A stretch of 63,351 bases of DNA, filler included, from Intoshia linei (GCA_001642005.1; 11 parts of 11 records of this genome joined end to end with filler, not necessarily neighbours in it); one strand, 5' to 3'; positions 47,496 through 61,003 are shown, numbered from the whole stretch's first letter. Program-made: numbers and translations. Notes: generated by a model from the sequence alone, not told the origin.

Positions 47496-49061
47496 CTGCA
47501 CGCGACTGGACAATCACATTTTACTATATTTTTATTGTATTCTTTTTCAATACGATTCATGCAATCACCTATTTAATCAGTTTGTATTTGAAATATTAGT
47601 ATGAAATAATCATTTTAAAGTTACGCTGTTCAAAATCAACATATTGGCAAGCTGTAATGCTTTGGTAGTTAAAAGCTTTTCCATAATATGGATAGGTAAC
47701 ATCATAACACTTACATTTTTCAATAATGATTTTTTGATAACAAGTTCTTAGACAAGTCTAAAATGTCATTAAACACCAAGTCGTGCAATTATATTGATAA
47801 CCTGTCTACTGTATCTTACAGGATATAATTCTTCAAACACATTTTCCTGGATGTGTATTCCATCTATAGATTGACATGGATTGTACACACCTCCGGCTCG
47901 TTCTAGTGTAGACTTTTTAATTGCTATTTCAGTAGACTCTCCAGGGCTCAGTAAAAATCCTTCGTCTTCTGGGAATGGCATGACATTCTGAGGATGAATA
48001 ACAATTTTGGCACCTAGCGACGGAGTTAGAGGCAGATAGTTCTCAGAATCCAAGTAGAGTATAATTGATAAACCGCTTCTTGGACCAGGAATGAAACTAC
48101 TGTAAACAGGATGCGTAGAATTCCAACCAGAATTAAAAGTATAACAATTTCCCAAAGTACTACTGTAAAAATGAATGAAATCACTACATTAAATATTTAT
48201 TAATAAAGTTATAATATATACCTTTTCACGCATTTAAATTCTTTATAGAGACAATCTACTATAAATTCTTCAAATTGATACCCAAGTTGTTTTTTATCAT
48301 TTAATTTTTTACTTTCAAATAAATTTTCCAACATTTTCGATTTGTCATACGATTCAACTGTTATTCTTCCATTTCTATCGGTGAATTGTCCAATCTCCAG
48401 GCTAGATTTGGTCATATCTGCAGCAGAAAATTGTATTGTGTCACCAATAGGGTCAACAATTTCACCTACATAGCGTATAGTAACTATTTAAAAGTTTAAT
48501 TACAGATTCTAATAGATACAGTCAAAAATTAGATATTAAAATGTTGACTTATTATATTGAAATTTTAAAATAATCATAGCTAATGGTTTTTTTCACTTAG
48601 CATACAAAAAATATCATTTGAAAAATATACACCTTCCCGGTAAAACAACAATTTACTATACCTCTTCTTTATTTGCAATTTAACATTATTAAAAACTGTC
48701 CTTAAAAAATTATAAAAGTTACTCTGACATAGTTACCTCCAGTTGATATACAGAAAAAATTTCGTAATTAAAAAAAAATTAGTTCCTACGAGTTGAAAAA
48801 ATTTTTATGTAGTTAAAACATTTCTACATTGTTACCTCCTGTCTCTATGGCAATTCCAGCATTGCCACCTTTGAGGAATTCTTGTATGTCGAAATTTTCA
48901 TCCAAAAAATTATTGTACTCGCTTGCGAATGGATTATTCTGTATTTTAACTGATGTACCTAGTGCCGAGGCCAAATTTTTATTTAAAACGCTTTCTTCTG
49001 GTGGCGGTGGAATCACAATTCCTTCATTTTCTGGTGGCAAAGTTATCGTTTTAGTTGTGGA
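47496..49061 (-). CDS. DEG/ENaC family sodium channel, extracellular-domain exons only
   Basis: GYQFEEFIVDC, GNCYTFN, GPRSGL, GAKIVIH..PFP..G, YSRQTCLRTCYQ..CKC and CDCPVAC. TM1 and TM2 exons are not seen in this contig. Confidence 0.9.
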
Positions 49062-49107
49062 CTATTATTTTTTAGATATAAGTACATTATGTATATGTAT
49101 ATTAGGG

Positions 49108-50324
49108 CAGTGGTTCCTAAAAAAATATATTGTCGACCCCCTTTAACAGTATACAAATATTTTTAGAAAAGATCAATTAGTACAAAATAGTAAATATATT
49201 TATTATATTATTATAATAGCCATTAAAAAAATGTTATCTTTTAATATTACTAGTTTTATTATCGATATAAATCATTCTTTAATATAGCTGACACCAGGGA
49301 TAGAAAATAATTGATTGCAATAAATTATTTTGTATAAACCAATTAATTCAAAAATGAATAGATAAATTTTAATTTATTGGTTTTTTTCATATAATTGAAA
49401 AAATGTAAATTGAATCCTTTTATTGACAAATGGTTGGATAAAAAAATTAATTAAATTTTTTTGATGTAATTCAAAAATTAAATTTAATCATTATAAACTA
49501 TAATTTATAATAATAAAATATTAAAGTGTCAAGTTGACACTATCAACAGTCTTTGTAGCATATCGCAGTCCTACCATGCTTTATTTATTTCCAGAAACAA
49601 TTTTATTTCCAAATTTGAAAGAAGAAATAAAATAAAATAATATGAAAATGATTTCTAAATACCATTTTCCAGATTAAATGTAATGTTACTAAAATAGTTT
49701 AATAATAAAAAATTAACAACTTTTCATTATTCTATGCAATTTTAGAAAAATAGAAACGCGTTTGTCACCAGAAAAATTATTTATTTAACGTACTAGCTTG
49801 ATGTTCTGTACTTCGAACAAACAGCATCTTAGTATATTCATTATAACCACATGACAGTTTTTTAAAAATTATTTTGATATTGTTATTAATCTTCAATTTA
49901 TTGAAATTTTTTTATATTTCAAAAAACCAATTGATTGCAATTAATTGGAAAATATTTTTTCATTTTTCAATTAACTGAAAAATAATTTATGAACAGACAA
50001 TTAATTGATTTTTATTCAATATCTTTACCAATTTAATTGCAATTAAATTAGTTACAAACAATTAATTCCAATCCCTGGTTGACACCCTAGTATACAAACA
50101 ATGTAAATTTATGATTGTTTTTTTTGTATATATACATTTTGTGTCTCGTAAGGGTTAATAACATTTAATCATATTAGAATCCAAGATTAATCCGAATTTC
50201 AAGAATATATTAATTAAATATCAAATACTAAATCAAATTAATGTTAAAAATTCAATTTAATTTTAAAATTTTTCTTAAATCTGCGGCCCCTCAGACTCTG
50301 AAGGCCCCCATTTGGGAACCACTG
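49108..50324. mobile_element. complete Buster-type hAT MITE
   Basis: TIR CAGTGGTTCC(T/C)AAA with perfect 8-bp TSD TATTAGGG on both sides. Confidence 0.9.
49295..50077. mobile_element. nested Ac-type hAT MITE
   Basis: CAGGGAT...ATCCCTG ends, TSD GCTGACAC/GTTGACAC and many subterminal AATTGATTGCAATT motifs. Confidence 0.75.
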
Positions 50325-50539
50325 TATTAGGGTGTTAGGGTATGTTGATTAAGAATTAATATAATTATATATTAATATAATTAAGATTTCATATGTTTAA
50401 ATAATATACATCAATAATAATATTAGTAATATTATATATTACATTATATATTAAATATTTATTGAATATGTATAATGAAATAAAGTTGAAATTGATTAAA
50501 TACAAGTAAATACAATGTTTTAGGCATCCTACACATTCT

Positions 50540-51453
50540 CATTAAAAACCACTATAAAGTTATTGTAAACTTGACTTAAAATGCAAAACTCTACACTGGT
50601 GTCAGAAATTGGAAAACCACAAGCATTATTGTTCCCGTCAGGTCAATTGTCTATGGATATAACTGAATGGATTGAAACATTCGAAAATTTTGTAATCATC
50701 CATTGGGAACGATGATTCATCGATGACGTTACAAAAATTAAAAAAATCGCACTGTTAAAATGTTGCGTAGGACCGAAAGGGTCAAGAAGATCAAATCGCT
50801 TAAAACATGAAGAAATAATTGAAAATATTAAGAAATGGCAAATAATCAACCCTTTAATAAAAAGGCAGGAATTTTTGAAAGTTGAAAAAAGTAATGACGA
50901 AAATTTCGATATATATTTTGAGCGGATACGTAATTTGTATGAATACACGGGTTATGATGAAGAAATGATTTTACTGGACATGTGTATTAAAGGAATAAAT
51001 TTCACAAATTAAAATTAAAATTGTTGGTGGAAGATAATTTAAATTTGTTGCAATTGGGAATTTTTAAACAAAGATTGCATTTAAACCAGGTGAATCAGAA
51101 AGAGTTAAAAAAAAATTTTTAGATGCGATTCCTCTCAACATTTAGCATCTTTTTTGGAATGCTCAGCTAGACAATTCATCTGTAAAAAATGTAATAAACC
51201 AGGCCACTACACTAAAGTCTGTAAGCCATTTTTGCGAAAACCAAAATTAATCGGTAATTTCAATTGTATTAATAGTGGTAAATCACACAATATATTTGTT
51301 CAAATCGAAATTGACAATCAATTTGTAAACATGATTCTCGATACTGGTAGTAAAGTAAGCTTATTACCGTTACATATTTATGAAAATTCAAGGTGTGACA
51401 ATTTGATCAAAAGTTATAATACATTACGTTCTTTTAGCGGCCATTCAATACAA
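50540..51453 (+). mobile_element. Gypsy element 5' region: LTR end, tRNA-Leu PBS, gag and protease (decayed)
   Basis: CTACA-C-TGGTGTCAGAA at 50597; zinc knuckle CKKCNKPGHYTKVC; protease MILDTGS. Confidence 0.85.
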
Positions 51454-51553
51454 NNNNNNNNNNNNNNNNNNNNNNNNNNNNNNNNNNNNNNNNNNNNTTA
51501 ATTAATTAANNNNNNNNNNNNNNNNNNNNNNNNNNNNNNNNNNNNNNNNNNNN

Positions 51554-52165
51554 AGAAAATTTTCAACATTAAAAAAAATTTGGTGTATTAAGCCATAAAA
51601 TTGCTAATCAATACAAAATCTATAAATGCATAATGAATTAAAAATATAAATTTAGAATTATGGTTTACAGATCTTCAACACTTTAAACCAGATGATGAAA
51701 CCAGTCCTGAACTAACTGAAAAACTCTTGGACTTAATTTAATTATTTTAAATCTTAAAACTAGATTTGAAATTAGTAAAACAAATAAAAAATAAAGGTGT
51801 ATTTGGGTTTATAGGAATTCAAGAATCAAATCCAATTGTGTTTGATAATGTTTAACCAAGCATTATTGCTTTACCTACAACATGGCTTGTAGAAGCTGGA
51901 TTAGCACCAGTGGTCGATATTTTTAGTAAGAAGAGGTCCAAATTAGATGTGAACAACCGAGGAATAATGCGATTAAGATGAATAAACTAATAGAAATTGA
52001 TTACGATTAATTGTGCAACAAACACCAATACCAAGGCAGTCACTAACTAGTATAAATTGAAATAAAGCATTTTACTGTAAATAAAAGTAGATATTTTAAG
52101 GTGGGCCATTGAATTTTAGGCAAAACTTTTTTGGGCCATCGCCTGAAACAGGTTGAGAACCGCTT
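51554..52165 (+). mobile_element. Buster-type hAT 3' remnant, related to 1-251
   Basis: ALPTTWLVEAG..KKRSKLDVNNRG.MRL..YQGSH*; TIR-like AGGTTGAGAACCGCT. Confidence 0.7.
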
Positions 52166-52549
52166 GTTTAATGTGATAGTTTTTTTCATTATTTTGAAAT
52201 TTAAGCAATTTAATTTTATTATTACAATCTCAATAATGGTGAGCAATAAAATATTCACTCAAATTCATACCACAGTATGTTATGCTTGCATGCATTAAGT
52301 AAATGATTATCTAAATAAATCTCTACCAACGAAACATTTTTAAAAAGTTATCTACTAAGCTTGACTGTATTAACTTTTAAAAAAATAATAGTTATTTACA
52401 ACAGTTATTTATTCTACAAAACTAAAGACAAAGACTTTGGGATAAAAAGTACAAAAGATAATATCTAAAGTCAAAAACACGTTGACTTATTATCGTTCAA
52501 AAACTTTATTCTAGAATAAAACTTATAAAGAAACTATAGTTACAATATT

Positions 52550-53283
52550 TCAACTCTCCTGCTAATTGTCAACTATTGTTTCAATTCAATGGCTGGTTCA
52601 TAGCTTTTTCAATCAGTCTTGCAAAAGTTGTCCAGTCCAAATACTTTGTCATGAAGTCGGCCAATTGATCTTTTGATGTAACGTATTCCATCCGTATTCA
52701 TTGATCTGCAACTTTCTCTTGAATGTAGTGGTACCTTAATTCGATATGCTTGGAAGCTTCAAATTTGTCCTGTCCCTTTGCAATCGCGATGCAGGCTGTG
52801 TTATCCTGAAATATAACACTAGGTTCATTTTGGGTTAGAGAGTTCTTCGAGTAAATGTCGAAACCAAATAACTTTCCGTACCGTACTGTCAATTGCTATA
52901 TATTCCGATTCAACCATTGAGTGCGCGCAAATTTTCTGTAGTTTGGATTGTCAGTCAACTAGATTTCTGTTAAATTAAATGAGAAGTTCACTCGTTGATT
53001 TTCTCGTTAAAGGATCATAAGCAAAGGCTGCGTCTGCATAGGATTCAATCGTATTCAGATTCGTTTCTTATTTGATATACTTCAGACGGTATTTTTGAGT
53101 ACCTTTTAAATATCTTAAGACACCTTTGGCAGCTTGCCAGTATTACTGCTTGGCGTTAGTGCAGTATTTAGCCAATTTTGCTACTGCAAGTGTTATATCG
53201 GGCTTTGTACATATTGAGAGGTATAATATAGAACCTATAATTGTACGATATGGCGCATTGGTCAACTGTTGTTTATCATCGTT
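52550..53283 (-). mobile_element. Ty1/copia RT-RNase H remnant with polypurine tract
   Basis: PYRTIIGSILYL..KPDI, VLRYLKGT, YADAAFA, QDNTACI, SKHIELRYHYI and QLADFMTK; purine run GCAGGAGAG follows. Confidence 0.88.
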
Positions 53284-53552
53284 NNNNNNNNNNNNNNNNN
53301 NNNNNNNNNNNNNNNNNNNNNNNNNNNTTAATTAATTAANNNNNNNNNNNNNNNNNNNNNNNNNNNNNNNNNNNNNNNNNNNNAACTACATTGATGCGAT
53401 TACCTATCTTACATCGCCAGAAAATTGAAACTGAAATTAATAATGTCATTTCTCAAAATCCAAAACCTTGCAGTGTTCCAGTCAAACAATAATTAAAGAA
53501 AATTTTTGATAATATTCCAAAAATAATTGATAATAAGAAATTAACAGAATCT

Positions 53553-53702
53553 GAGGGGAAGGTGTAGCGTGTACATAACAACGCAATGAATATAAACATT
53601 TACCTTTATCAATATTTACTCAAGACATTCTCTATATATAAAATTATCAAACACTTTTAAATATAATTTTGTGTTATTAAATATTTATCGAAACTGACTA
53701 CA
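53553..53702 (+). mobile_element. polypurine tract and short (~140 bp) 3' LTR
   Basis: GAGGGGAAGG immediately precedes TGTAG...CTACA inverted termini (53563-53702). Confidence 0.65.
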
Positions 53703-54023
53703 GGTTAATAATCATATTTGTTAAACTAATTTTCAATATTTTTTTACTAGAAATTTCTTTTTTGCGTAACTCAACCAGAAACTCGCAAAATTTCTACTTT
53801 TTGAATCACTCTAGTCTACATCGACTAAAATACGTTCATAATGACTAGATTGAAATTGTTTATGACTTCAATGAAGTTGAATATTAATCGATTGAAGTTG
53901 ACTTGTTTGAACAGTATAACGTTTGTTTGTCTATCTCTGTGATACATTTTTTGCTAATTTTACTTGATTACGTAAACATTAAAATAAAAATTTTATTTCT
54001 TTAATCCGTTTAATGCTTTAAAT

Positions 54024-54206
54024 CAGTGGTTCTCAATCCGTGTTCCGCGAAATTTAATTGGGGTTCCGTGAAATATAAATGTGATATTTTTCAATTTAAA
54101 GTTTTTCTAAATTACTGTTGTATGCAATGAAAAAAATTTTTTTGATCATGCGATTTTTTGAAATTTTATAAGGGTTCCGCGCAGTAAAAAAGGTTGACAA
54201 ACACTG
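54024..54206. mobile_element. 183-bp hAT MITE
   Basis: CAGTGGTTCTCAA / TTGACAAACACTG ends, three GTTCCG(C/T)G subterminal motifs, flanks CTTTAAAT and CTTAAAT. Confidence 0.75.
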
Positions 54207-55127
54207 CTTAAATAATAAGTAATACAAAATTAAATATTAATTAAATGTTTAATGTTAATTTTACAAATCATTAAATTCATTGGTACATTTAGGTCATTGC
54301 TATTATTTTATTTAGTTAACAAATAAATGTAAATAAAAATAATAATGTAATAAATACAGGTCTCCCTCAATTTACGCGATATTCGGTTAACGCAATATTT
54401 TTTGTGTGTTAATTACTCAATTTAAATTAAATCAAAAAATAAATTTAACGCGAATTTTAAAATTTTTACCACATTTTTTTAGTAGTCGAATTTACATTTT
54501 CAAGTCATATTGAAAAAAAAGATGAAAGGTTATGACTAGGGCAATTTTTTAAATAACCTATAAAATAAAAAAAAATAACCTAACAACTGATTTTTAGTAA
54601 CTTCAAAAATTTTTTTTGTATACAACTCTAATTTGAATTTTAACTTCAATCGATTAGTTTTCATTTTTTTCAAGTATTTTTTATGTTTTTATTTCGTACC
54701 ATTTGAAAATTCAAAATATTTACTGAAATTGTTTTTCTCTAAAAAAATAACTTTTTATTGTTTACTTTCAAGAAGGTCTTTCTACTCAATATACCAAATA
54801 TTAATTTATATGAAGAAAATTAAACTATGCAAATGGATAATTAATATAGTATTTATTGTTGTGATACAAAATTATGTATTTTTTGATATTTTCAGGTGCT
54901 AATGGTCTCTGTTTATTACTATTTTTTTTAACAGACTAAAACTTCTTTCTACGCTGACGGATGTAGCAGGAGTGTTCCTTAGAGAATGATATAATATTGG
55001 GGATTTGTTTGAATCTAAATTATTCATNNNNNNNNNNNNNNNNNNNNNNNNNNNNNNNNNNNNNNNNNNNNTTAATTAATTAANNNNNNNNNNNNNNNNN
55101 NNNNNNNNNNNNNNNNNNNNNNNNNNN

Positions 55128-56140
55128 CTTTTTAATTTTGTTAAAAAAACGACATTACTTATGAAACGACCTAATAGATAAATAAAAAATATACCAACGA
55201 CATCTGACTGAGAGTCGACATTAGATTTCAAAAGATTTGAAGATTCATCAAAAAGAGATTTTTCGCTTTTATTAAAAGTAGTATCGTCAATTTTTTTTTG
55301 TTTAAACTCTGGCGTATCTAATGATGACTGGTGACTAGGAGTGTCTGGTTTACCAAATATGCTATCATCAAATGGATTTTTTCGTCTTTTAAAGGATGGA
55401 GGAGTATCATTAAAACCATTTTCATTTACAGCGTTTTTATTAACTTTGAATATATCCGAAATTTTTTCATTATTGACATTAAAAGTAAATGGACTTTTCA
55501 CACAACTATTATCCAATTCTGATGTGAAACCAGCAAATTTATTATTGACCTAATATTTTATAAAAAAGATTCAAAATTTATAAACCTTGACAGTTTGTTC
55601 TTCTTCTGTCGATAAAAAATTCAAACCGCCCTTGATGGCTGGCTTAGGTATGTTTTGACTTCTACGTTTTAATTTAAATATTTTTCTGGTACTCAATACA
55701 TCTTTGGAAGCTTTATGTAAACCATTCTAAATAATTGTTTATATTCATGATATGATTAAACGATGGTGCTTTGTTTGTTTGATTTATTACTGGCTACAAT
55801 TAAACATGATTACAACTCTACATTTGCACCTATACTTGCCAAAAAATCTGTCTAATTTTAGAATGTTAATGATCAAACAAAATAAAAACATTGATACTTG
55901 ATAACCAAAACCACAATATTGATATTTACATTTAACAACTGTAAATACATATTCATCAATATTATATTTCTATTAAACTTATTCATATAAATAAATATAT
56001 TTTTGATGAATTTTATGTAATTAATTTTATAGTATAACATAAATTAATTATATAAAAAATACTTCAATAGGTAAAATTTCACCATTGTCGAAATCGACAG
56101 TTTCATGGCTAATATGTTGTATCGCTCCACGTTTAGACAT
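55128..56140 (-). CDS. NUP50: nucleoporin NUP50/Nup2-like, 5' part (exons 56140-56063, 55726-55586, 55549-~55195, ~55170-55128)
   Basis: Spliced N-terminus MSKRGAIQHISHETVDFDNGEILPIE|NGLHKASKDVLSTRKIFKLKRR matches the NUP50 importin-alpha-binding motif (MAKR.A..ELT..N..ASEEVLKNRAIKKAKRR), followed by Phe-rich low-complexity sequence. Confidence 0.8.
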
Positions 56141-57621
56141 TATCAATTCTAATATTTAATAAAATTTGTACAAATAAGAATAAATTTGAAAGTAGGATAA
56201 TTCCAATAAATATAAATTAATTTAAAATATTTTCAAATTGTGTTCAAAATACACGCTAATCAGTCGACAATAACTTTATTTTATAATAAAAAAATAACAT
56301 AATTTTGTTTATCTCAATAGTAATTACTATTTTTTTAATGAATTGTAAAAAGTTAGTGTACATTAAATTCTAGTATCCTTATTTCTTTAGTGGAAATGTG
56401 TAGATGTTCAGAATAATTTTTTTGAAATTGTAGGATGAATATTTACATTTTTAATTTTAATCCATACATTTGAAAAATATTAGTTGATAATTAAAAATTA
56501 TTTTTCACCGGGAATGTGTAGATATCTAAGTTGAATTATTGTGTTTATATCAATTGAAATAAGCTGTATCAGAATAATCTATTTTTTTAATTGTAGGATC
56601 GTTAATTATTTCAAATTTTTTGTTAGTTGATAAAATAGTCTCGAAATAAATATTAAAGTGCTTTTTTAACGATAAAGGCGTCACTTCTACAGATTTAATT
56701 TTTTGTGTGTGTTAAGTGGATATAACTATNNNNNNNNNNNNNNNNNNNNNNNNNNNNNNNNNNNNNNNNNNNNTTAATTAATTAANNNNNNNNNNNNNNN
56801 NNNNNNNNNNNNNNNNNNNNNNNNNNNNNGTTTAATTCAAAACTTATTCACCTTTTAATATTTTATTTTTGTGTGACCATATGATCACATTTGGAGAAAA
56901 TTAGTTGATACCAAAAATGTGTGTATTTAGTGTTAATTTTATTTAAGGGTAATCAATGATCATGTGTTTCATTATAACGTAATTTGTAATTATTAAAAAT
57001 AAATAATAAAACATTAAGATTATAAGCTTTTTCTAAAATTAAAATAATTATCCTGGTTTCCCTGGTGGGCCTAGCCATTTAAAAATAATTAAAATTTTTT
57101 TATTATTGAATTTCCTAGATCAACTGAAATAATTTCTATATTAAAGACCCGATTAATTTAATATAGTGTACAACTCATTATTATTATTAGGGACAAATGT
57201 ACTAGTTTTACAATTTTATTTTTTCTGGGAATATTATTTTTGACGAATTTTTAGAGTTGCAAACTATACTTGTACTGTTTTAATTTTATTTTTACATGAT
57301 ACACTCATAGTTGATAATGAATTTCAAAAATCAATTATCAATTAAATACTTCCACCCTAAGCGAAGCTAGCTGCCGTTTGTACCTAGTCCATATCAGTTA
57401 AACTAGTAGATAAATAAAATAATTAAGTAATTGATTTGAAAAACTGATATTAAATTAAAATTTCAGAAAATAATAATAGAATGAACAGAAAAAAGTGGTA
57501 CAGACAGTCGAAAGATCTATTAACCGATATATGTGTTTGATAAGCGAACCTGACAAGATTGAAGAATAATAAAAACGTTCAAAAAAGTTAGTATATTTAA
57601 AATATTTTATTAATCATGATA

Positions 57622-58254
57622 TTACGTACTAACTTCATCTTTTTTCAGCATAATTGATGCATTTTCATTGCCACTGTTGTCTTTTTTATCATATACTGGT
57701 CCTTGTACGTCCTTACCTCTCAAAAATGGCTTTAAGTATACTATAGCTTTATATTGCCTTTTGTTTTTATAATTGATTATACTGTTACATGCTTTATGCA
57801 GCTCCCCGGATTTTTGGGCATAAAATTTTGACTTGCCAATTATTACTTTTATTTTAAAATCCTGTTTCTCTGTAACTAATCCGAGATATTTTAAAATATC
57901 ATTTTTTGTATTTTGATCTACATAATTTAGCCAATTGAATTTTAATATAATTTGATGCTTTTGACTATCTAACTTATTTGTTTTGCTAACTACACTATTA
58001 CGTATTCTACCATCAACTCGGAATAGTTGCAATTTAATTTGATCTAAAATTGGTTGATATAAACAGTTTCGATCACTATCACAATTTCTATTTTTATAAT
58101 TCAAGAGATACACAAATTCAACGGCACATTTTTGTTTATTAACACATATTTTAGTATTTAACTCGATAGTTTCTCCTTCAAATTTGTACGAATACTTTGA
58201 ATTTATGGTTGAGATAATGAAACATATCGAAACAATTGATACTTTTAAAAACAT
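57622..58254 (-). CDS. intronless 210-aa putative secreted protein, no recognised family
   Basis: True ATG, hydrophobic signal-peptide-like MFLKVSIVSICFIISTINS, and a 633-nt open frame in very AT-rich DNA. Confidence 0.65.
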   Translation of the reverse strand: MFLKVSIVSICFIISTINSKYSYKFEGETIELNTKICVNKQKCAVEFVYLLNYKNRNCDSDRNCLYQPILDQIKLQLFRVDGRIRNSVVSKTNKLDSQKHQIILKFNWLNYVDQNTKNDILKYLGLVTEKQDFKIKVIIGKSKFYAQKSGELHKACNSIINYKNKRQYKAIVYLKPFLRGKDVQGPVYDKKDNSGNENASIMLKKDEVST

Positions 58255-59039
58255 TTAAAATTTCGTTGTATATTATAAAACTAAATAAATATTAACACAA
58301 GATAAATACAGGTATTTGCGCAGTTTATTATTGATATTGCAGTAAACTTCGCAAAAGGCAATTGTTAAGTTTTAGAGCAGTGATGTTCAAACTTATTTAT
58401 ATGCGGGCCGCATAAATTTCGTGAATACACATGAAACAATTTAAACTGATAAAATTCTATTTTGGCTTGTAAATTTGATTGTTTTTTTTTAAATATTAAA
58501 GTGTCAACAATGTTGACTCAACATTCATTTTGAATAATTAACAATTATTATTTTTGGAATGCATTTTAATTATTAATTGTGTTTATTATTAAGTTTCAAA
58601 CATGTACGTATTTATAATTATATCTATGAAAACGATAAAAAAAAATTTTATCAAATTTGAACAAAAATTAGCCATTTATTGATAAATTTTACTTTTAATC
58701 GATTTTGTAAATTGCTAAAATTTTGGAAAAATATTTAATTTAATTTTTGATATAATCAACCAAAAAAATTTATTTTCATATCATTTTACTCAGTTTAATT
58801 CAATTAAAAATAATCAATTTTTGTATTCAATAATGGTTGAGGNNNNNNNNNNNNNNNNNNNNNNNNNNNNNNNNNNNNNNNNNNNNTTAATTAATTAANN
58901 NNNNNNNNNNNNNNNNNNNNNNNNNNNNNNNNNNNNNNNNNNCCAATATCTCATTCTAATAAGTTTTCCAAAAACTTAAGTAAATTTTATATTTTTAATA
59001 AAATTCTGTATTATATATCGGCTAAAGCCGATTTAATTG

Positions 59040-60696
59040 TAGCTCCCAGTAAATTGCAGGATAAGCTTATCGAAATAATGCACAGCGGTCCACAAGCATG
59101 TCATCCAGGTGTTCGAGCCGTTATATCGGTTATTTCTCGTTCATTTTATTTTATTGGACTGGGAAGTAGTCAATCAATTTATCCGTAATTGTACCATTTG
59201 CAACCAACAAAAAACAGGTCGGTTCCATCACAACTTACCCCTCAAGCAACAAAATGCATCGCGGTTCAATGAGCTATGGCACCTTGATTTTGCAGGACTT
59301 TTCCTGTTTCTAATAATTATAAAAAATACTTATTAGTAATGATTGATCATTTCTCTGGTTGGCCTGAAATCATTCCATTTGAAAATATTTCGACTGAAAG
59401 CGTTGTTGAACATATAAAAATAGATATTATAGCACGTTATGGGTGTACCGTCACGTATTCATACTGACTGTGGAACACAATTTGAATCCAAACTGGTTAG
59501 TCAATTATGTGGAGATTATGGAATTCGCAAAACTCATTCAATTCCTTACAGATATCAAAGTATTGGTCATGTTGAATGTTTAAATCGTACAATTAAAGAC
59601 AAATTGCGTTGTGTTTGCAATAATGAATTCTCAAATTGGTGTGAGAGTATTCCCAATATATTAATAAAACTACGAAATACACCCACTGAAAGAAATTCCG
59701 TTTCTCCGTTTGAAATTGTCCTTAGTCGACATTTATCCTTACCATTTATACATCACCAACCCGTTAATCCCAATGATGTTCGCCGGAAAGCCATCCAGAC
59801 AGCTAAATCTCACAGAAAACCATATAACGTCAGAGTTAAACGTAATTATGACAAAACCGTACCTAATAAACCCACGTATCATTTTGAAAACTACACGCCA
59901 AATTGGCCTTATAAAAGTAAATTGCAACAACCTTTCATTTTCCGCGATTCTAATACTGAACATGCACCAAATATTTCCGATGTAAGTGAAAATACGGCAA
60001 CATGTCCCAATTTGTCAGGTAATTCTAATTCTAACACTAATGACAGTATTAATAATTCATCTCCTATGTTCACACACGATGAATTTTCTCACACCCCTTA
60101 CCCTGATGATGCACAAAATCAGGATACGAATGTAGCCAATCATACTACATTAAATGACTATCATTCAGGAAACCAATTCTAACCATGTCAATCCTGCCTC
60201 ACTTGCAAATAACGACAAAACAAATAGTTCATTGTCACCTAATTCTCCCGTGTCTACTCGCAAAAAATTTTTTCCTAAAAAATATGATGATTTTTATACC
60301 GGTAGTAACTATATTGTTACTCCTGAACCAGCTTCTACAATCCCTGTAGCCGCTGACCAATCATCCGATAGTGATTTAGAAGATATTTTATCTGTCAAAC
60401 AACGAATGACATTATGGCGTTTACCTACCACATCACGTGAAAAAATCAAAAAGGAAATAGATACTGTACTTTCTGAATATTTCGATAAACGTTGTGCCGC
60501 AGTCAGGTTAAAACTAGATGATATTTTTGCTAATTACAATGATATTTGATGGTTCATATTTAATGGAGGTGTAGCGTTAATATTAACAAATTCTTATCAT
60601 GCAACTTTATTACATAGTTTTATAAATATATGCTATAAAAAGCTTTAATTTATAATTTTTTGTATTCAATAAATTATTGTCACATTACTCATTACA
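59040..60696 (+). mobile_element. Gypsy 3' region: integrase (frameshifted), low-complexity tail and short 3' LTR
   Basis: H..H..CTICNQ zinc finger, WHLDFAG, IHTDCGTQFES and VECLNRTIK; GGAGG then TGTAG...TTACA (60570-60696). Confidence 0.88.
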
Positions 60697-61003
60697 CACT
60701 GTCTGATGCAATTTTATGTACTATCACCACAATTATGTCTGAAATTTGTTTTAATATAAACTTGTATTATTGTTAAATTATCTATGTGAATTTTACATTT
60801 CACATTGTGAAAATGTATGAAAATAAAATGAAGTTTTTTCAAAATTATCCTGTGTATATCATAGAATACACAGACGTGTGAAGTGAAATTGCTGTGTATA
60901 GTANNNNNNNNNNNNNNNNNNNNNNNNNNNNNNNNNNNNNNNNNNNNTTAATTAATTAANNNNNNNNNNNNNNNNNNNNNNNNNNNNNNNNNNNNNNNNN
61001 NNN

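Noticed and set aside
54750-54990. Possible Sola-like transposase remnant (FYADGC)
   Set aside because: Requires several frameshifts; evidence insufficient.
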